Assembly (NCBI GenBank): GCA_001643675.2
Contig: LSRY02000046.1
Location: forward strand, 620,001-684,000
Direction: 5' to 3'
Length of the DNA: 64,000 bases
DNA from: Monocercomonoides exilis PA203
Taxonomy: Eukaryota > Protista > Preaxostyla
Made by a program: the position numbers and the translations under genes. The notes beneath the pieces are model-generated. The model saw only the letters and a program-made list of their open reading frames with translations, was not told where the DNA came from and ran no database searches. Positions 25,258 through 38,857 of this stretch are shown here, in pieces. Each line of letters begins with the position of its first letter. Within the stretch, counting starts at the first letter, position 1.

Positions 25258-26368
25258 ATGAACACAATTGCTCCAGAGTGTATCATATGCTGCTCTCCAT
25301 GTGAAAATGGTCAAATGATGCCTTGCTGCCAGCAGTGTTTTTGTAAGACTTGCTTGGACGCTTGTCTAGCGAGAAAGAATGAATGCCCTTATTGTCGAAC
25401 AGAATTAAGTGGATTGAAGCCAATGCCTTTGGAACGTGTTATTGGGAAGCTTATTGTATGAAGCATTTTGGAGTTAACTTCACAAGTACTTTATTTATTT
25501 TTATTTATTTTTATTAATTTTTATTTTTTTCAAGCCGAATGGCATAAACACTTGTAACATGGATCATATAGTTACTGTATGGTTTTCATTTATAATTATT
25601 TTATAGCTTTATTTGAATAGAGTTTTCATCCATTTTCATTCCAACAGCCAATGCAAGATTGGCAAACTGTGGAAATGTCATCCAGATTAATAGAACAACA
25701 CAAAGAAATGATTGAAGTTTACAGATTTCTTGATCATCAAAAAGAAGGAACAAAATCGTTTTACGAGAGTATAGCACGGGCTTCATCTCAATTTGTCGAA
25801 CGGGCTCAGAGAGATTTGCAACTTCAGTTATGCAAAAGTCTAAACACCATTGAATCAAGACAAAGAGAAATATCTAGATTGGTTAAGGATATCGAAGGGC
25901 TTCAAAAAAATATATTATCTCTCCCACAAAATGAGCAAGAAAAAGAAATAAGCGAACAAAGGAAAAGCGAAACTGCAGATGCAACTCGAACGGTATGAAT
26001 GAAATCAATTTGTTTTTTTTTTCATTAAATAAATAAATATGCAATACATTTTTATATTCTTATCATATAAACACTTTTATTTTTTCATTTGCTATCATTA
26101 AAATGCAACAAACATTTCGACGACTTCAGGTTATCAATTTATGCCAAAATGAGATTGACAAAGTTAGAGAGAGAACTTCAGGAATCCTTCAGTTGCAGAA
26201 GACAAAAGAAGACGGCACAATCAAAGGAGCACTAACAAATACGCCTGAAGCTGTGCTGCATTACACACACAGTCTTTCTGCTGGCGAAAACATGAAATCG
26301 TTTGGCGGAGATGATGCAACTAATAACGCTTCAACATCTGTATCAATGAAATCTTCTACTTCTACTTC

Positions 26369-26400
<32 letters not shown>

Positions 26401-26959
26401 CTTCTTCTTCTTCTTCTTCTTCTTCTTCCTCGATTTCATCTTCTAATTTAATGTCTGCAGACTCCCCTTTGTGTTCTTCCTCTTCTTCACAATCGATGAC
26501 TTGCAAAGAACATCTTTCCCACTCATCTTTACTGCATCCATATCTGTTCCCACCGTGCTACATCACATCCACAACTCTTTTATCACATATCATTCCGCCA
26601 TACTCCGAGTTCTCATTCACAATCAACAACTTTTTCTCATCTGCTGCATACCCTGCCTTTATCTCCTCGCCTTGCTTCCAAATAGAACCATTCCCGTTCC
26701 GCTGGCGTCTCCACGTGTTTCCTAATGGATCGTCAGCTGTTCCGAAAGGAGACGCTGTGGATCCTCATCTCTGGTGGAGAGACAGGGCAAGTGGAACAAG
26801 TTGCAACAGCAGTAACAGTTCCAATCTGAGCAATACAACAACTCCTTCTCTGGGCATGCTAGCAGCTTCAATGGGTTCTTGTGATGGAGCGATGCATCAG
26901 CCTTCAGCATCAGCATCAGCATCAGCTTCGGCTTCGGCATCATCAACTTCATCATCAAC

Positions 26960-26995
<36 letters not shown>

Positions 26996-27833
26996 TTCTT
27001 CTTCTTCTTCATATTTGTCATCCTCGTTTTCTTCATCTCCTCTTCTCTCATTTTCATCATCTTCACCTGGAAACTCCCATCTTTCCAGTTCTTCTGAAGC
27101 ATCTTCTGGAATGTTATCAGGCGGTTCAAGCAGCTTTGCAAAGAGGAAGCCATCATACGTTTCTGTGGCGCTGGAAATGGTGGAAGGATTTCCTGCGGAA
27201 TGGGTTGAGAAGGCATTGAAGCTCTTCCCTATGAACGAAGAAGAGCAAGAAGGAGACGGAGAAAGTGAAGGCGAAGTTCGGGGTCATTTGATTGGCTCTT
27301 CTTCTTCTTCTTCATCATCCTCTTCTTCCTCCTCTTCTTCTTTGTCGTCATCTTCTTTAACCAGCTCCTCCTCCTCCACTTCTTCATCATCTCGATATGT
27401 CGAGCCATTCCCATTTTCCTCAATTTCACATCCTCACTTTTTCGATTACAAAATACAGCTTGTATGCGAAAATCCTTTGGTTTCTATAAAAGGAAGGCGG
27501 ACTCACACATTCGAATATGGGCAGAATTTTTCAGTTGCACCGTCTGCCGGCAAGCATCAGTTCATCGCACACGAGCAGATGGTGAAGGAAGGATTTTTGT
27601 GGAGGCAAGGAGAGGCAGCACATTTTGTTTTTGGCGTGCGCTTCCCATCGTACAAGCGGATGAGCGAAGCATACAAGCTTTGCATGATGATGGCCCAGTC
27701 ACCTGCAGCAGCAAGAGAATATCAAGAAAGTGTGCATTTTGTTGCGGAATCAATGGGAATAGAAGCAGGTACCGAGATGAAAATGTGTATTGATGATGGG
27801 AAGGTTCAGGGAGGATTGATGGAACAGATGTGA
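25258..27833 (+). CDS. RING finger + coiled-coil + MATH/TRAF domain E3 ligase, TRIM37-like; multi-exon
   Basis: RING CIICC...PCCQQCFCKTC...CPYCR; coiled-coil exon 25651-25993; MATH segments IIPPYSEFSFTINNF, WRLHVFPNG, YVSVALEMVEG, FDYKIQLV and FVFGVRFPSY, interrupted by poly-Ser inserts. Confidence 0.7.
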
Positions 27834-28711
27834 TAAGTGTATATTGTGAGCATGCTAAATTTTTGGTAAATTATTTTTTTCTTTAAAAATAAATGTTTAT
27901 TGCGATCAAATCGTTGTGACTTTTTTGTTCATTCTTTTATTTTTGGAAAAGTGTATATTTTTTTATTTTTTTTAAAGGGTTTTATTCATCAGTTTTATGT
28001 GTACTCACATAAATGGAATATTTCAAAAGATTTTGATATTTTATTTAATTTGTTGAAATCTTGAAGCACATGGTTCTTTTCATGAAAGTTTTCAAATGAA
28101 AAAATGCGCTATGCACCATCATTAAAAATATAATTTTAATTGAAATGCTTCAGATAAATTTATTGTGTTAAAAAGCATCAACAATATATATATATAAAAC
28201 AAAATAAAAATTAAAATGTGCAAACACACATAAACATATAAAAGAAACATATAAACAAATTCTTTCAGATGCATAAGCTTTTCAAAGCATTAGAAAACAA
28301 ACCATTCTACATATCAAATACATATCCAAAAATCAATGTCAAAAATTGCTAAAGACAGTTTTTACACTTTTATACATATCTAACTGCATATAACAAGACA
28401 AACGTCACTACAAAAACATAAATACTGGCTCAATTCCCATTTCGTAAAACATCAGCATTTCAAATATTCTCAAAAGAAGTCGACTTATCTGAGATGGTTA
28501 TTCAACTATCTCCATTAACTCAACTTCCTGATATTTCCCATCATAAGCAAATAATCTCCCTTGATACTGAAGTGATTGCAAATGCATTCTCATCCATTTT
28601 GCATTTCATCCTATTCGATCATCACTTCAAACGATGATCGATAGCCTTTACTGTTTAAGCTTTATCTTTGAAACAAAGAGTTCGAAAACCTCGAACTTAT
28701 TCGTGCTGATT

Positions 28712-31700
28712 TCAGCATGTGTCTTTGGAAGCTTTGGTGATAACTTCCAAGCTCTTCTCCTCATCATCATCTTCATAATCAATAGCATCAGACACTGTCA
28801 CAATCACTGCTTCTTTCGGAAAATGCTTGAAAAATTCTCGTTTCAAATTCACCAATGATGGTCTATTTGTGTTTTCCATGCCAACACTCTGCTTCCATAT
28901 CTCAGCAAAACAACTTTCTCTTATCGCTGCCCCATCTGGCCTCTCCCCATTCACAATCTTCTGCCCGGCAATCTCTGCTTCATACTCCCCAAACGGGATC
29001 TGCAGTGTCAGGCACTCCCGCAGCATCATCCCGATCGAAAACACAACTGACTCCTTTGTTGCTCCCATCTTCTTGTTGATCAACAGCTCAGGCGCCTTCC
29101 ACCTCAGGCACTCTTTCTTGAAATCATCCTCATCCTCAAAGGTGGACGAAGGAAGTGAGTCACTGTTATCACTTGCAGATGTCACAACCGTTGATGAAGA
29201 GATGGAAGACGAATCTGAATCATCAGAAGAGAAGTCTGAATGCATCACAATGCAGATGATCATGTGCTCTGAGAACAATACAATGTGAGGGTTCAGATTA
29301 GATAATGACTGAAGTGGAACTTCACATTCTTCGAAGGAGTGGAGAGCAAGATTGGCCACCCAGAACAGGATCTGAGCTGCTGTCTGCTCCCTCTCCCGCA
29401 GAGTGCCAATCGCCATCTCCTTTGTCTTATTCCTTCCGTGCAGCAGCATGAACAGAGAATCTCTCAGATCCACAATCAGCTTCTCATGAGGAGACGAGCA
29501 TGCCATCGCATCCACCAGATTTGACATTGATGAGGTGGTTGGACACAGACTCTCCGATCGAACAAATGTTGAATCTGAGTCTGTTGTTGAAGTGGATGAG
29601 ATGGATGGTGAAGGCGATCTTTTTCTTGTCTCTTCTTCTTCTTCTTTTTCATCCACCTTCTCCAGCATCCATTGTGGGATCTTGTCTGAGTCTCTTCCCA
29701 AGATATATTCAGTGGAGCCACTCTCAGACAGCAAATGCTCCGATGACTCTGAATGTTCCATATTCGAATCATATACTCTCTTCTTTGTCCTCTCTTCATT
29801 CTTCTTCTCTGCCTCCCTCTCAGCTCTTCGCCACTGCTCCTCAGGCGACATCTCCATCGTCACCATCTCAAATGCCTTTGGATCCTTTTTAACAGTATCT
29901 TCCACAATTATCTCCAACTCCTTTGTTCGTCTTTTTTGTTTTCTCCATCGAACAGCCAGGATAATAGATACAATAAGAACAATCAACAATAAAATAACAA
30001 GCACAATCACAATCAACAACCAATAAGATTTCCGTTCTTTTCTTCCTTCAACAAATTTTTCATCTCCATTAATCTTTGTTTCGCTTGCATTCTTCAGTAT
30101 GAATGACTGTGTCGAAGAAGGAGATTCCACATAACCAAACATTAAATATACAGTCACCTCTATTTCCTCTCCACAACTGCTGATGAGATCTTTTGCAACG
30201 CTTCCTTCAACTTCTGTTTCTGAAAGGAATCCATTTGAATCGAAATCATCCTTTTCAATCTCTTTCTCTTCTCCTTTTCTCTTCACAACTGAGAAGGTCA
30301 GATTGCATGGAACAAGAAGCAACCCTTTGAATATCAGCTTCGTTCTATCTGTTATTTCTTTTGCTTCCACACTTTCCAGAACAGGAATGAAGAATGATGA
30401 ATCTCTTTCTGAAACAATCCCTTCAAAGCTGCACCCTTCATTCAACATCCAAAGGGAAGTATTTCTCTCCCATCCATCTCCTCCTTTCAAACTCATCACA
30501 TTCAATGTTCCGGAGTCTGAACAAACGATATTCCTTCTTAATAATGGATATCCTTCAATTGTTGGATTGTTGTCAATGAACTCTCCTTTCTCAATTATCA
30601 CATTTCCTCCACTCATTGTTATTCCACCTTCTGGTGAATTTGTGATTGTTGAAACTTTCATCACCATAGAACTCTTCTCAATATCCACAAGAGATCCTTC
30701 CCATCTGCACATCTCTTCTTCCTCGTTCAAATATTGCTCATTTCTTTCCTTTAAACTTCCATCAAAAATGCAACTATCCATTTTCACATCCAAACAATTC
30801 TCCAATTTCATCAATTTCCCTTTTTTGGTCTTTGAACTGACTCCACCAATTGTGCAATTTGCCAATTGCATCGTCTTTTTCATTGACAAGCAAGATATCA
30901 GTGATACTCCATTTCCTTCAACTGTGATATTTTCTGTATTGAAATCCTTAATTGTTAATTGCCCACATTCGTTTATATCTATCAAAAAAGTTTCTATTGT
31001 TGAGTTGCTAATCGTTAATGAATCAATTACTGATGGAAGTTGAGAAGATGATAGAGATAATGCAGATTCATGAAGAATGAGATTTGATATTGCACATCCA
31101 TCAAGTTGCAATTCTCCCTTTGCCATGTTGAAAATGTGATATGGAATATTTGCAAATTCTTCATTAACTCCTTCTGTCAATTGTTTTGTTGTGAATGAAC
31201 AATTCATCACTTCAAGAATCCCTCCTTCTGGCGATATCAATGATTCATGTTGAGAAATGAAATTCGAATCAAACACAAAGTTCACTCTCACCAATGAGAC
31301 TGTTCCTGTTGTTGTTATCAATTCCCTTCTTGTTTTTCCAATGCTTGATTTCACTTCAACTTCACACAAATCTCTGCTCTTCGAGCTCAAACTCATTTCC
31401 TTCAAATTAATCTCTTCCTCAATTGCGCTCTTGGTGTCAATGTGCAACAGACTCACATATTCCGAAGTCAGATGCATTAGTCCATGATTAATTGAATAAC
31501 AAGGAAGAATGTTCGTTCCACATTGTTTTTCGTTTGATCCATTCAAGCTGTTCACAATGATCGTATCACTCTGATGAATCGTCACAAATTCAATCAGATC
31601 AGTATCGCTTGGATAATCGCAACTATCCATTCCATATATTGCATTAATTCGTGAATAATGACCTTCTCGAAGATCAAATTGAAATTGGGTTTCATTGATC

Positions 31701-34700
31701 TGCGAAGATATGTTAAAGCAATCAATGAAAACATCTTTTCCAACACTTGCACCGTTGTCACTGAACTTCATCCCCACAAATGAAAAATTCAATTCTCCTC
31801 GTTCCTTTGTTGCCAAATATATTCCTCCTCCTCTCCCATTGTTGTTGCTGCAGCTGCAATGGCTGATTGTTGAGTCAATCATATTCATCGACCCAGAGCT
31901 GCCCAACGTGAAGAATATCGCCCCTCCTTTTTCACTATCTTCTGCCTTATCTTCTGCGATGTTGCTCTTCTTTACAACTAATTCTATCTTTTTCTCACTC
32001 TTTGACTCCAAAATGCTTGCTCCATTGTCACTTCTCTTCACTCCTGAAAATGATGAATTATCAATGTTGAGATTCATTTCCTCTCCTCCTTCATTAATCT
32101 TTGTTGTTGATTCAGGTCCTTTGATCAGAAGAAGGCATCCGCCTCTTTCATTCAACAATTTCACTCGAACATTCTTCAACTGGCAAGAAACTCCAGCATT
32201 GTTAATTGCAAAAATGCTATTTCCAACGTTGCACGATTTCATCGACAAATCATTCACTTCCACACTTCCTCCAATCGCATCCACAAACACACAATCAAAT
32301 CCATTGCTCATTCCTGCTTCTGAATGGAATGAACATCCAATTATCACCAAAGCTCCTTCTTTGTTTGAAATAATTGTTTTGGCCGAGTTGTCAAATCCAG
32401 ACATTAACTGGAACTGGATGTTGGACAACTCAAGATGATCATTATTCACCATGAAATGCTCTAGTTGACTTCCAGCTGCCTTTTCAAAATTCAAGACTGC
32501 TTTCGTGTTCTCTTCTCCCATCTTAATACTTTTTTTGATCTGATAATTGGACATGTTGAAAGTATCTTGAATAATTGTTGATCCTTCAATTTGAATTGCT
32601 TTCGTTTCATCTCCTTCTTTTATGTTTCCCATCCCTTTCCACATTGATTGACATGGCTCTTTCTCACTTCCACAACGCGCCACATCAAATCCTTCTGATG
32701 AGATAAATATCTCCATTGAGCTGTATGGAATCAGAAACATGAACAAATCTTTGTTTGAATGAAAGATATCGCTTCCAACAAACAGAGTTTTATCATCCTT
32801 CATTGAAGAATAATCGAACTTGAATGAGGCATTTGTCACAGTTTTGTTTAGATCAGATGCTGAAATGAACGCATTCTTTCCAATGGCTGCATTGTTGTCC
32901 TCAAATATCAAAATTTCAGATAATTCAAATTTTGCATTTGTATCCAACAGATGCAGCATCACCCCTCCTCCATATCCACTGCACTTTGTTTTGTTGAATT
33001 TTGTTGTTCCTTTACTGAGCGATGTTGATGCTCCAATTCGTCCTTTGCTTGTCGAAGATGCCAACTCAACCTTTATCCCTCCTCCATTCCCATTCGCACA
33101 CTCACATCCTTCCATTGTTGTGTTCCACACCACAAATGTCTCTCCTCCTTTCACATTCTTTGCCATCACCACACCATCTCCTCCTGTTGTCCGATTCACA
33201 TTCCGAATTGTCACATTCGCCAAAACACTTTCTCCAGATGAAGATCCTTCTGATGATGATTCAGCAAAAAGAGGTTGTAATGTTTTCATATTTTTGATCT
33301 CAACATCAATCATTTTCAGCTGCCCCAGCGCCACTTCAAACACAGATGTTGAAATTATTTGTTCTTCACTAACACTTGAAGAGATAAGCACATCTTCCAG
33401 TGAAAGTGTCCCGCTCCCCAGTGACACCACAAACACACTCGGCGATGGGCTTCTTGTAGCGTTGTGGTCGATCCCCACATGCCCCACCTCCAGTTGACCA
33501 GAAGATATGCTAAACAGCGTTGACGAAGAAGTCGAAAGCGCACTTGTCCCAATCACACTCACCGTCTTTCCTCTCCCAACAACAGAAATCTTCTTTTCCC
33601 CAACATTGATTGTTGTACCTTCGCTCACATGCTTCCCATTCAGAACTGAAATTCCAAAACTAACAATATCATTGCATTTATTCACGCAATGCCCAATTGT
33701 TTGACAAGGCTTTGTCTCATTCGTTCCACACAATTCATTCGAGTCATTTCCATTCTCTCCAACAAACAATAATTTCCCTTCCTTCAGCCAATCCATCTTT
33801 TGTGTTTCTTGATTCACCAAACTGCTGTCAACATAACACACTCTCGTATCATTAGGATTCGTTGTGTACGATTCATAGAACGGATTGTTCAATGAAAAGA
33901 GATTGTAGAAATCGTAAAACATTACATCGTGGCCATATGGAGTGGAAGCGTTGCAACTGCAATCATGGAAGAAGAAGAAATAGCAATAAATGTTGTTGCT
34001 TGGAGCTGGTGATTGAAATGGTTCAAAATATAATCCTCCACCTCTTGCAGTTGCATTGCAAGAAATTAACTGGATGCTCCTCATTTGGAATGCGACTGGA
34101 ACATTGAAACAACGCATGCCTCCACCATAAGAACCTGAAAGAAAACATGAAGTGAATAAGCACTCAAACACGCAAACGCTATCCCCTTTGTTGTTTTCTG
34201 TTTCAATGCATTCTTGCCCTGAAACCTGAAAAGTTGAAAGATGAAGGCCTCCTCCATTATTATTTCCGTTGCAGGTCGTGAATTTACAACCACTTATCCT
34301 GACACACGAAGTAATATCATAAGCATCCATTCCTCCGCCTTCATAGTTCTGTGCTGTGCAAGCGTTGAATGAGCTGTTCTCAATATTGATTGAATTTATT
34401 GAAACGCATAAAATTCCTCCTCCACACCAATATGATGAACACTCGCTGAATGCGCAGTGACAAATGGAAAGTGAACCAGACGTTAAGCCATACACAAATA
34501 TTGCTCCTCCATTCGAGGCTTGATTTGAATAATCTTCGCTCGTTTCAGTTGCCTTCGATCCGCTCCACTCGCACCAGGTGAATGAATTCGCCTCATTGTC
34601 TGCTATTTGCTGTCTCGCTGGTTTCGATGGATTCCCTTCACTCCCGCTGACTGCAACATTCTGAGACCGATAGCACCTGGCAAACGAGATGTTCGAGGCA

Positions 34701-35560
34701 GCCAAGGAAGATGATGGGCTGTTGAGTGAGGGGACAATGCACCCATCATATGCATCCCAAACTGACGAAAATGAGCACCCACTCATCAGATACACTTCTT
34801 GAACCAGCCCTTCAGCCAGATGTGTTGTTTTCGATGGATTTGTGGAGATGTTGAAGAATTCTAATTAGGAAAGAGAAACAAAATGCGATGAGATGAATGG
34901 AGCTGAAGATACACAAAAAGATAAGAAATGAGAAGAACAAACAGAAACATGGCATTTCTCTGAAATCTCTCCTTCCATCACTTTTGAAGAAAAAAGTGGA
35001 GGAAATATCTGTTCAGTCAATGTTGATGTTGAAGACGATCTGAGGGTAATGCTGGTGAACAATCCGCAGCTCCCACAGAAATCAAAGGGGGATGTCTCTC
35101 TCTCAACTCCTACAACACATCCACTCACCTCAACAAAACTTCCATCCGATGCCCTGAACACACTCTCACCTCCTATTTCCATCAATCCCAACAAATTCAG
35201 TTTCATCGATGAATTGACTGCAACAACACTTCCCTCAACCCCACTCCCACCACACACACCCTCCTTTCCCCACATTTTCCACTCATCACAAAAACCCCAT
35301 TTTTGGACTTTCCCAACCTCTCCACTTCCTTCATTCCATTGTTTTGTGTATTTTTTCATCATTCTCTCTTCATTTTCAATTTCTCCAATTCCATTCTCTT
35401 TTCCTTCAATATATGCATCAAATAAATGGCCATCTCTATATTTGTTGTTTTGAGCCTTCTCTGGCCATGTGCCTTCAGGATAATCCAATTCTCCTTCTTT
35501 CGCTGATTCCTCAACAAATCCTGCTCCATCACTTGTAGAACAATTGCACACACACACCAC
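28712..35560 (-). CDS. Giant intronless surface protein: right-handed beta-helix/Pmp-like (GGAI) ectodomain, TM helix and degenerate kinase-like C-terminus; one in-frame TAA at 34865-34867 (possible pseudogene)
   Basis: ORFs 34865..35560 and 28712..34795 are in the same frame. Repeated NGGAI/GGG(I/L/M) motifs, three CGxxxxPCx(T/S) modules, TM WLLIVIVLVILLLIVLIVSIILAV followed by RWRK, and kinase C-lobe remnants RWKAPELL, ESVVFSIGMML, IPFGE and NRPS. The true start is not resolved. Confidence 0.8.
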
Positions 35561-36701
35561 ACTAATTATCCACGCAAAATAAAATATTCCTTACAGCCCA
35601 TATACCATGCCTCTCCAACTGCTTTCTTTTCTTTTTTCTATTGCAGACTAATATGGGCACTTCAATAAAAAAAATAACATTCAACAAATGATGAATATCT
35701 TATTGTTATTTGAAAATAAATAATTTTCTTTGTAAAATTTTTTCTCATTTAATTTTTGATCCAATGAATAATAGAGAATGATTCATCCATTTTTGTTGAT
35801 TTTTGATATTTCAACCGTCACTTTCCATCCAACGAAATCTACCATCTGAGGTGGAATAACATATGATTTAGAGCATATAATTTTGTTGGCTGTATTTTCA
35901 TGAGAAAAGGCATCAGGGAAAGAAATGAATGATGTGAAGATTGATGAAAACAGATGAATGGAAGAGGAATGAGCGATGGAAGTTTAGCGATTCTGCACCA
36001 CACATTAATGTATGTTTTTAGGTGGATTATTTGTGATATTTTTATTTGAAGAGATTTTTGATGTTTTGAAAGAAATGATTAGTTTTTGCCTCGATTGGCT
36101 GAAACGGACACTTTTCACAAAAGGGATGGGATGCATGGAACAAGATTGCATGAACATTTTGATTGGGCATTTGATGTATTTTTTTCACAGATATTGATGG
36201 AATTTCAGTTCAAGAGAAAGAGGCCAAAATGCGAAATGAGTGAAAATGGATTTTTTTTATTGATGCAAAGGGGTTGCAGGAAGGGATTCTATTTGCAATT
36301 GGCGTGTAGCAATCTCTATTTCATTCGAGTATTTTCATGAAAAATGAAATAGTTAGTTTGTTTGATTTATTTATTTTTCATTTTTCATTTTTTATTTTTT
36401 ATTTTTTATTTTATAATTCAAGAGGAAAATTGGTTACGGAAGCGACGAATTTTTATCTTCACTACAACCAGGGTTATTAGCATTATTATAAATTTCGTAT
36501 TCATGTTTTATTTAAGCTATTTTTTCCGAACAATGAGCAAATAAATCTGATAAATCAATTTATTGAACTTGAAAAAATGTATTTTTGATTAAACAACAAT
36601 AAAAATATTCATGGAAAAAAATCAACTCAGTTTTCAAAAATAGAAATATTGTTTTTGAAAACAAACAAAACTCTTAAAAAATCCATAAAAAAAAAAAAAA
36701 A

Positions 36702-36742
<41 letters not shown>

Positions 36743-36891
36743 AGAGTGCAAAAAATATCAACCCATACTATAATTTGCAGACATTTTCCAGATTATTCAA
36801 AAGTTAGCAAAGCAATAACCATGAACAACTCGAGTTGCCTGCGAATTTCTTGAAATAGCTTTTTAACTAAAACTATTTATTATCCCCTGAA

Positions 36892-38802
36892 ATGGCAGAT
36901 CATTCGAATTATGATGTAATAATTATTGGTTTGAAATTTTCGTTAATATAAAATTAAATTCACAATTTTCCGAAGGAGGTGGCCCTGGTGGAATTGGAGC
37001 TGCTATGAGAGCAGTTGATTTTGGACTTAAAGCCGCATTAGTTGAGAAGAATTATCTTGGTGGATGTTGCGTGAATGTGGGCTGTGTTCCATCGAAAGCA
37101 CTTCTTTTTGGAAGTTCGTTGTATAAAAGAGCAAACGATAAAAAGAAACTCCAGAGCTTTGGGGTGAGATTAACAGAAAATGAACAACCAAAATTTGATC
37201 TTGGTATACTTCAAGAAAAGATTTTAGCAACTCAGCAGTTGCAGAGGCAACAACTTCAAAAATTGTTGGAAGAACGAGGAGTTACATTTTACAGCGGAGA
37301 AGCTCAATTACAAGATGCGCGCACAATTTGTATTAAGCGTTCTGGCATCGAAGATAAGCTTTTAACAACAGATAATGTGATTATTGCTGTAGGAAGTAGG
37401 CCAAAAGATCTTCCAAGCTGCAAATTTGATGGGAAAGTGATAATTAGTTCTGATTCAATCAATGATATTCGAGAAGTTCCAAGTGATATTGTTATAATTG
37501 GAACTGGGGCAATTGGCCTTGAACTTGTTTGAATTAATAATTATTATTCAATAATTTCTTTCACACTTCACTTTTTTTACTACCTTTTTATGAAACTTTT
37601 TTCCTTTTTTGAAATTGTATTTTCTTATATCTTCTTTATTTTTTGGAACTATCCTTTTTTGGGAAAAAAAAGGGAACGACAATGAACCGACTTGGAAGCC
37701 ATGTTACATTCCTTGATTTTGCGGAGATGATTGGAGCAGGAATCGATGCAGACATCAGCCAGCAGCACAAAGAGATTATGGAAAAAAGTGGAATAACTTT
37801 TCATATGAACGTATCTGTTGAAGGAGTTGATGTGCTCAAGAGCGACTCGTTACACGGCGACATGAAGGAAAGCGCTAGAGCAGTTGTTCATTATATGCAC
37901 AATGATACAAAAGAGAAAGCTTCTGTTTGGACTTTGCGTAAATTTATATTTTCTGTTTATAGATTTTTCCCTCCTCCTAATCACCATTTTTCTAATATCA
38001 TTTTGAATGAAACGTGATTTTTGATTGAATGCAACGTTCGAATGCATTTTCGTCTGCTTCAAAACACAGGTTAATGCCAGCCTTGTATTTGTATGTGTTG
38101 GCCGGGTTCCTTCAATTCCGGACTCTCTCAAACTGATTGAAAGCACCTCAGATTCTGCTTCTTCGTCACATCACCCGTCTTCTTCCTCTGAGAAATCGCA
38201 GGCCTCTCAGATCAAAATTGAAAAAGATGGAACTTTTGCTGTGGACGAGAATTTGATGACTTCTGTCGAGAACATCTTTGCAATTGGAGATTGCGTGAAA
38301 GGGCACAGACTGGCACACAAGGCAGAAGAGGATGGTTTGCATAGTGATTTTGAATAATTTCAAACATTTCATAATCATTCTTTATTATTCGCCTCTGTTT
38401 TATTCATATTTTTCATCTTTTTTAACTTTTAACTTTAATCTCGCTATTCAATCATTTTGATATAATCTCCAAAACAAAATCAATCAAAAAAGGAATCAAA
38501 GTGATTGACTTCATTCTCTCACGCAAAGGCGTGGATGTTGAGAACAAGCTTCCTTCTCTCACGCCCAGCTGCACACTCTCACCTTCTCACATTCCGTGCG
38601 TCATCTACACAGACCCCGAGATCGCTTTTGTGGGAGAGACGGAACACTCACTCGAAAAAGCTGGGTGGAAGAAGATTGACAACAAGGAGGAATGCAAAAA
38701 ATGCCAAAAGGACGCAGAAAAGGAATTTTGTGCAGAGGTCTTTCGATTCAATGACAACTGCAGAGATACGACTGATGGTTTGCTATTTGTTGAATATTTT
38801 TT

Positions 38803-38857
<55 letters not shown>

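Noticed and set aside
30183-33497. Long plus-strand ORFs of 225-286 aa
   Set aside because: Antisense shadows of the large minus-strand surface protein gene.
34861-34879. 19-nt GT...AG segment on the minus strand covering the premature TAA, as a possible micro-intron
   Set aside because: Removing 19 nt shifts the frame, and it is much shorter than the other introns I modelled here (about 45 nt or more).
36687-36740. Long poly-A tract, also poly-T at ~38807-38856 and (ATTT)n at ~24280-24330, as possible retroelement tails
   Set aside because: No target duplication or retroelement body is adjacent; these are simple intergenic or intronic repeats.
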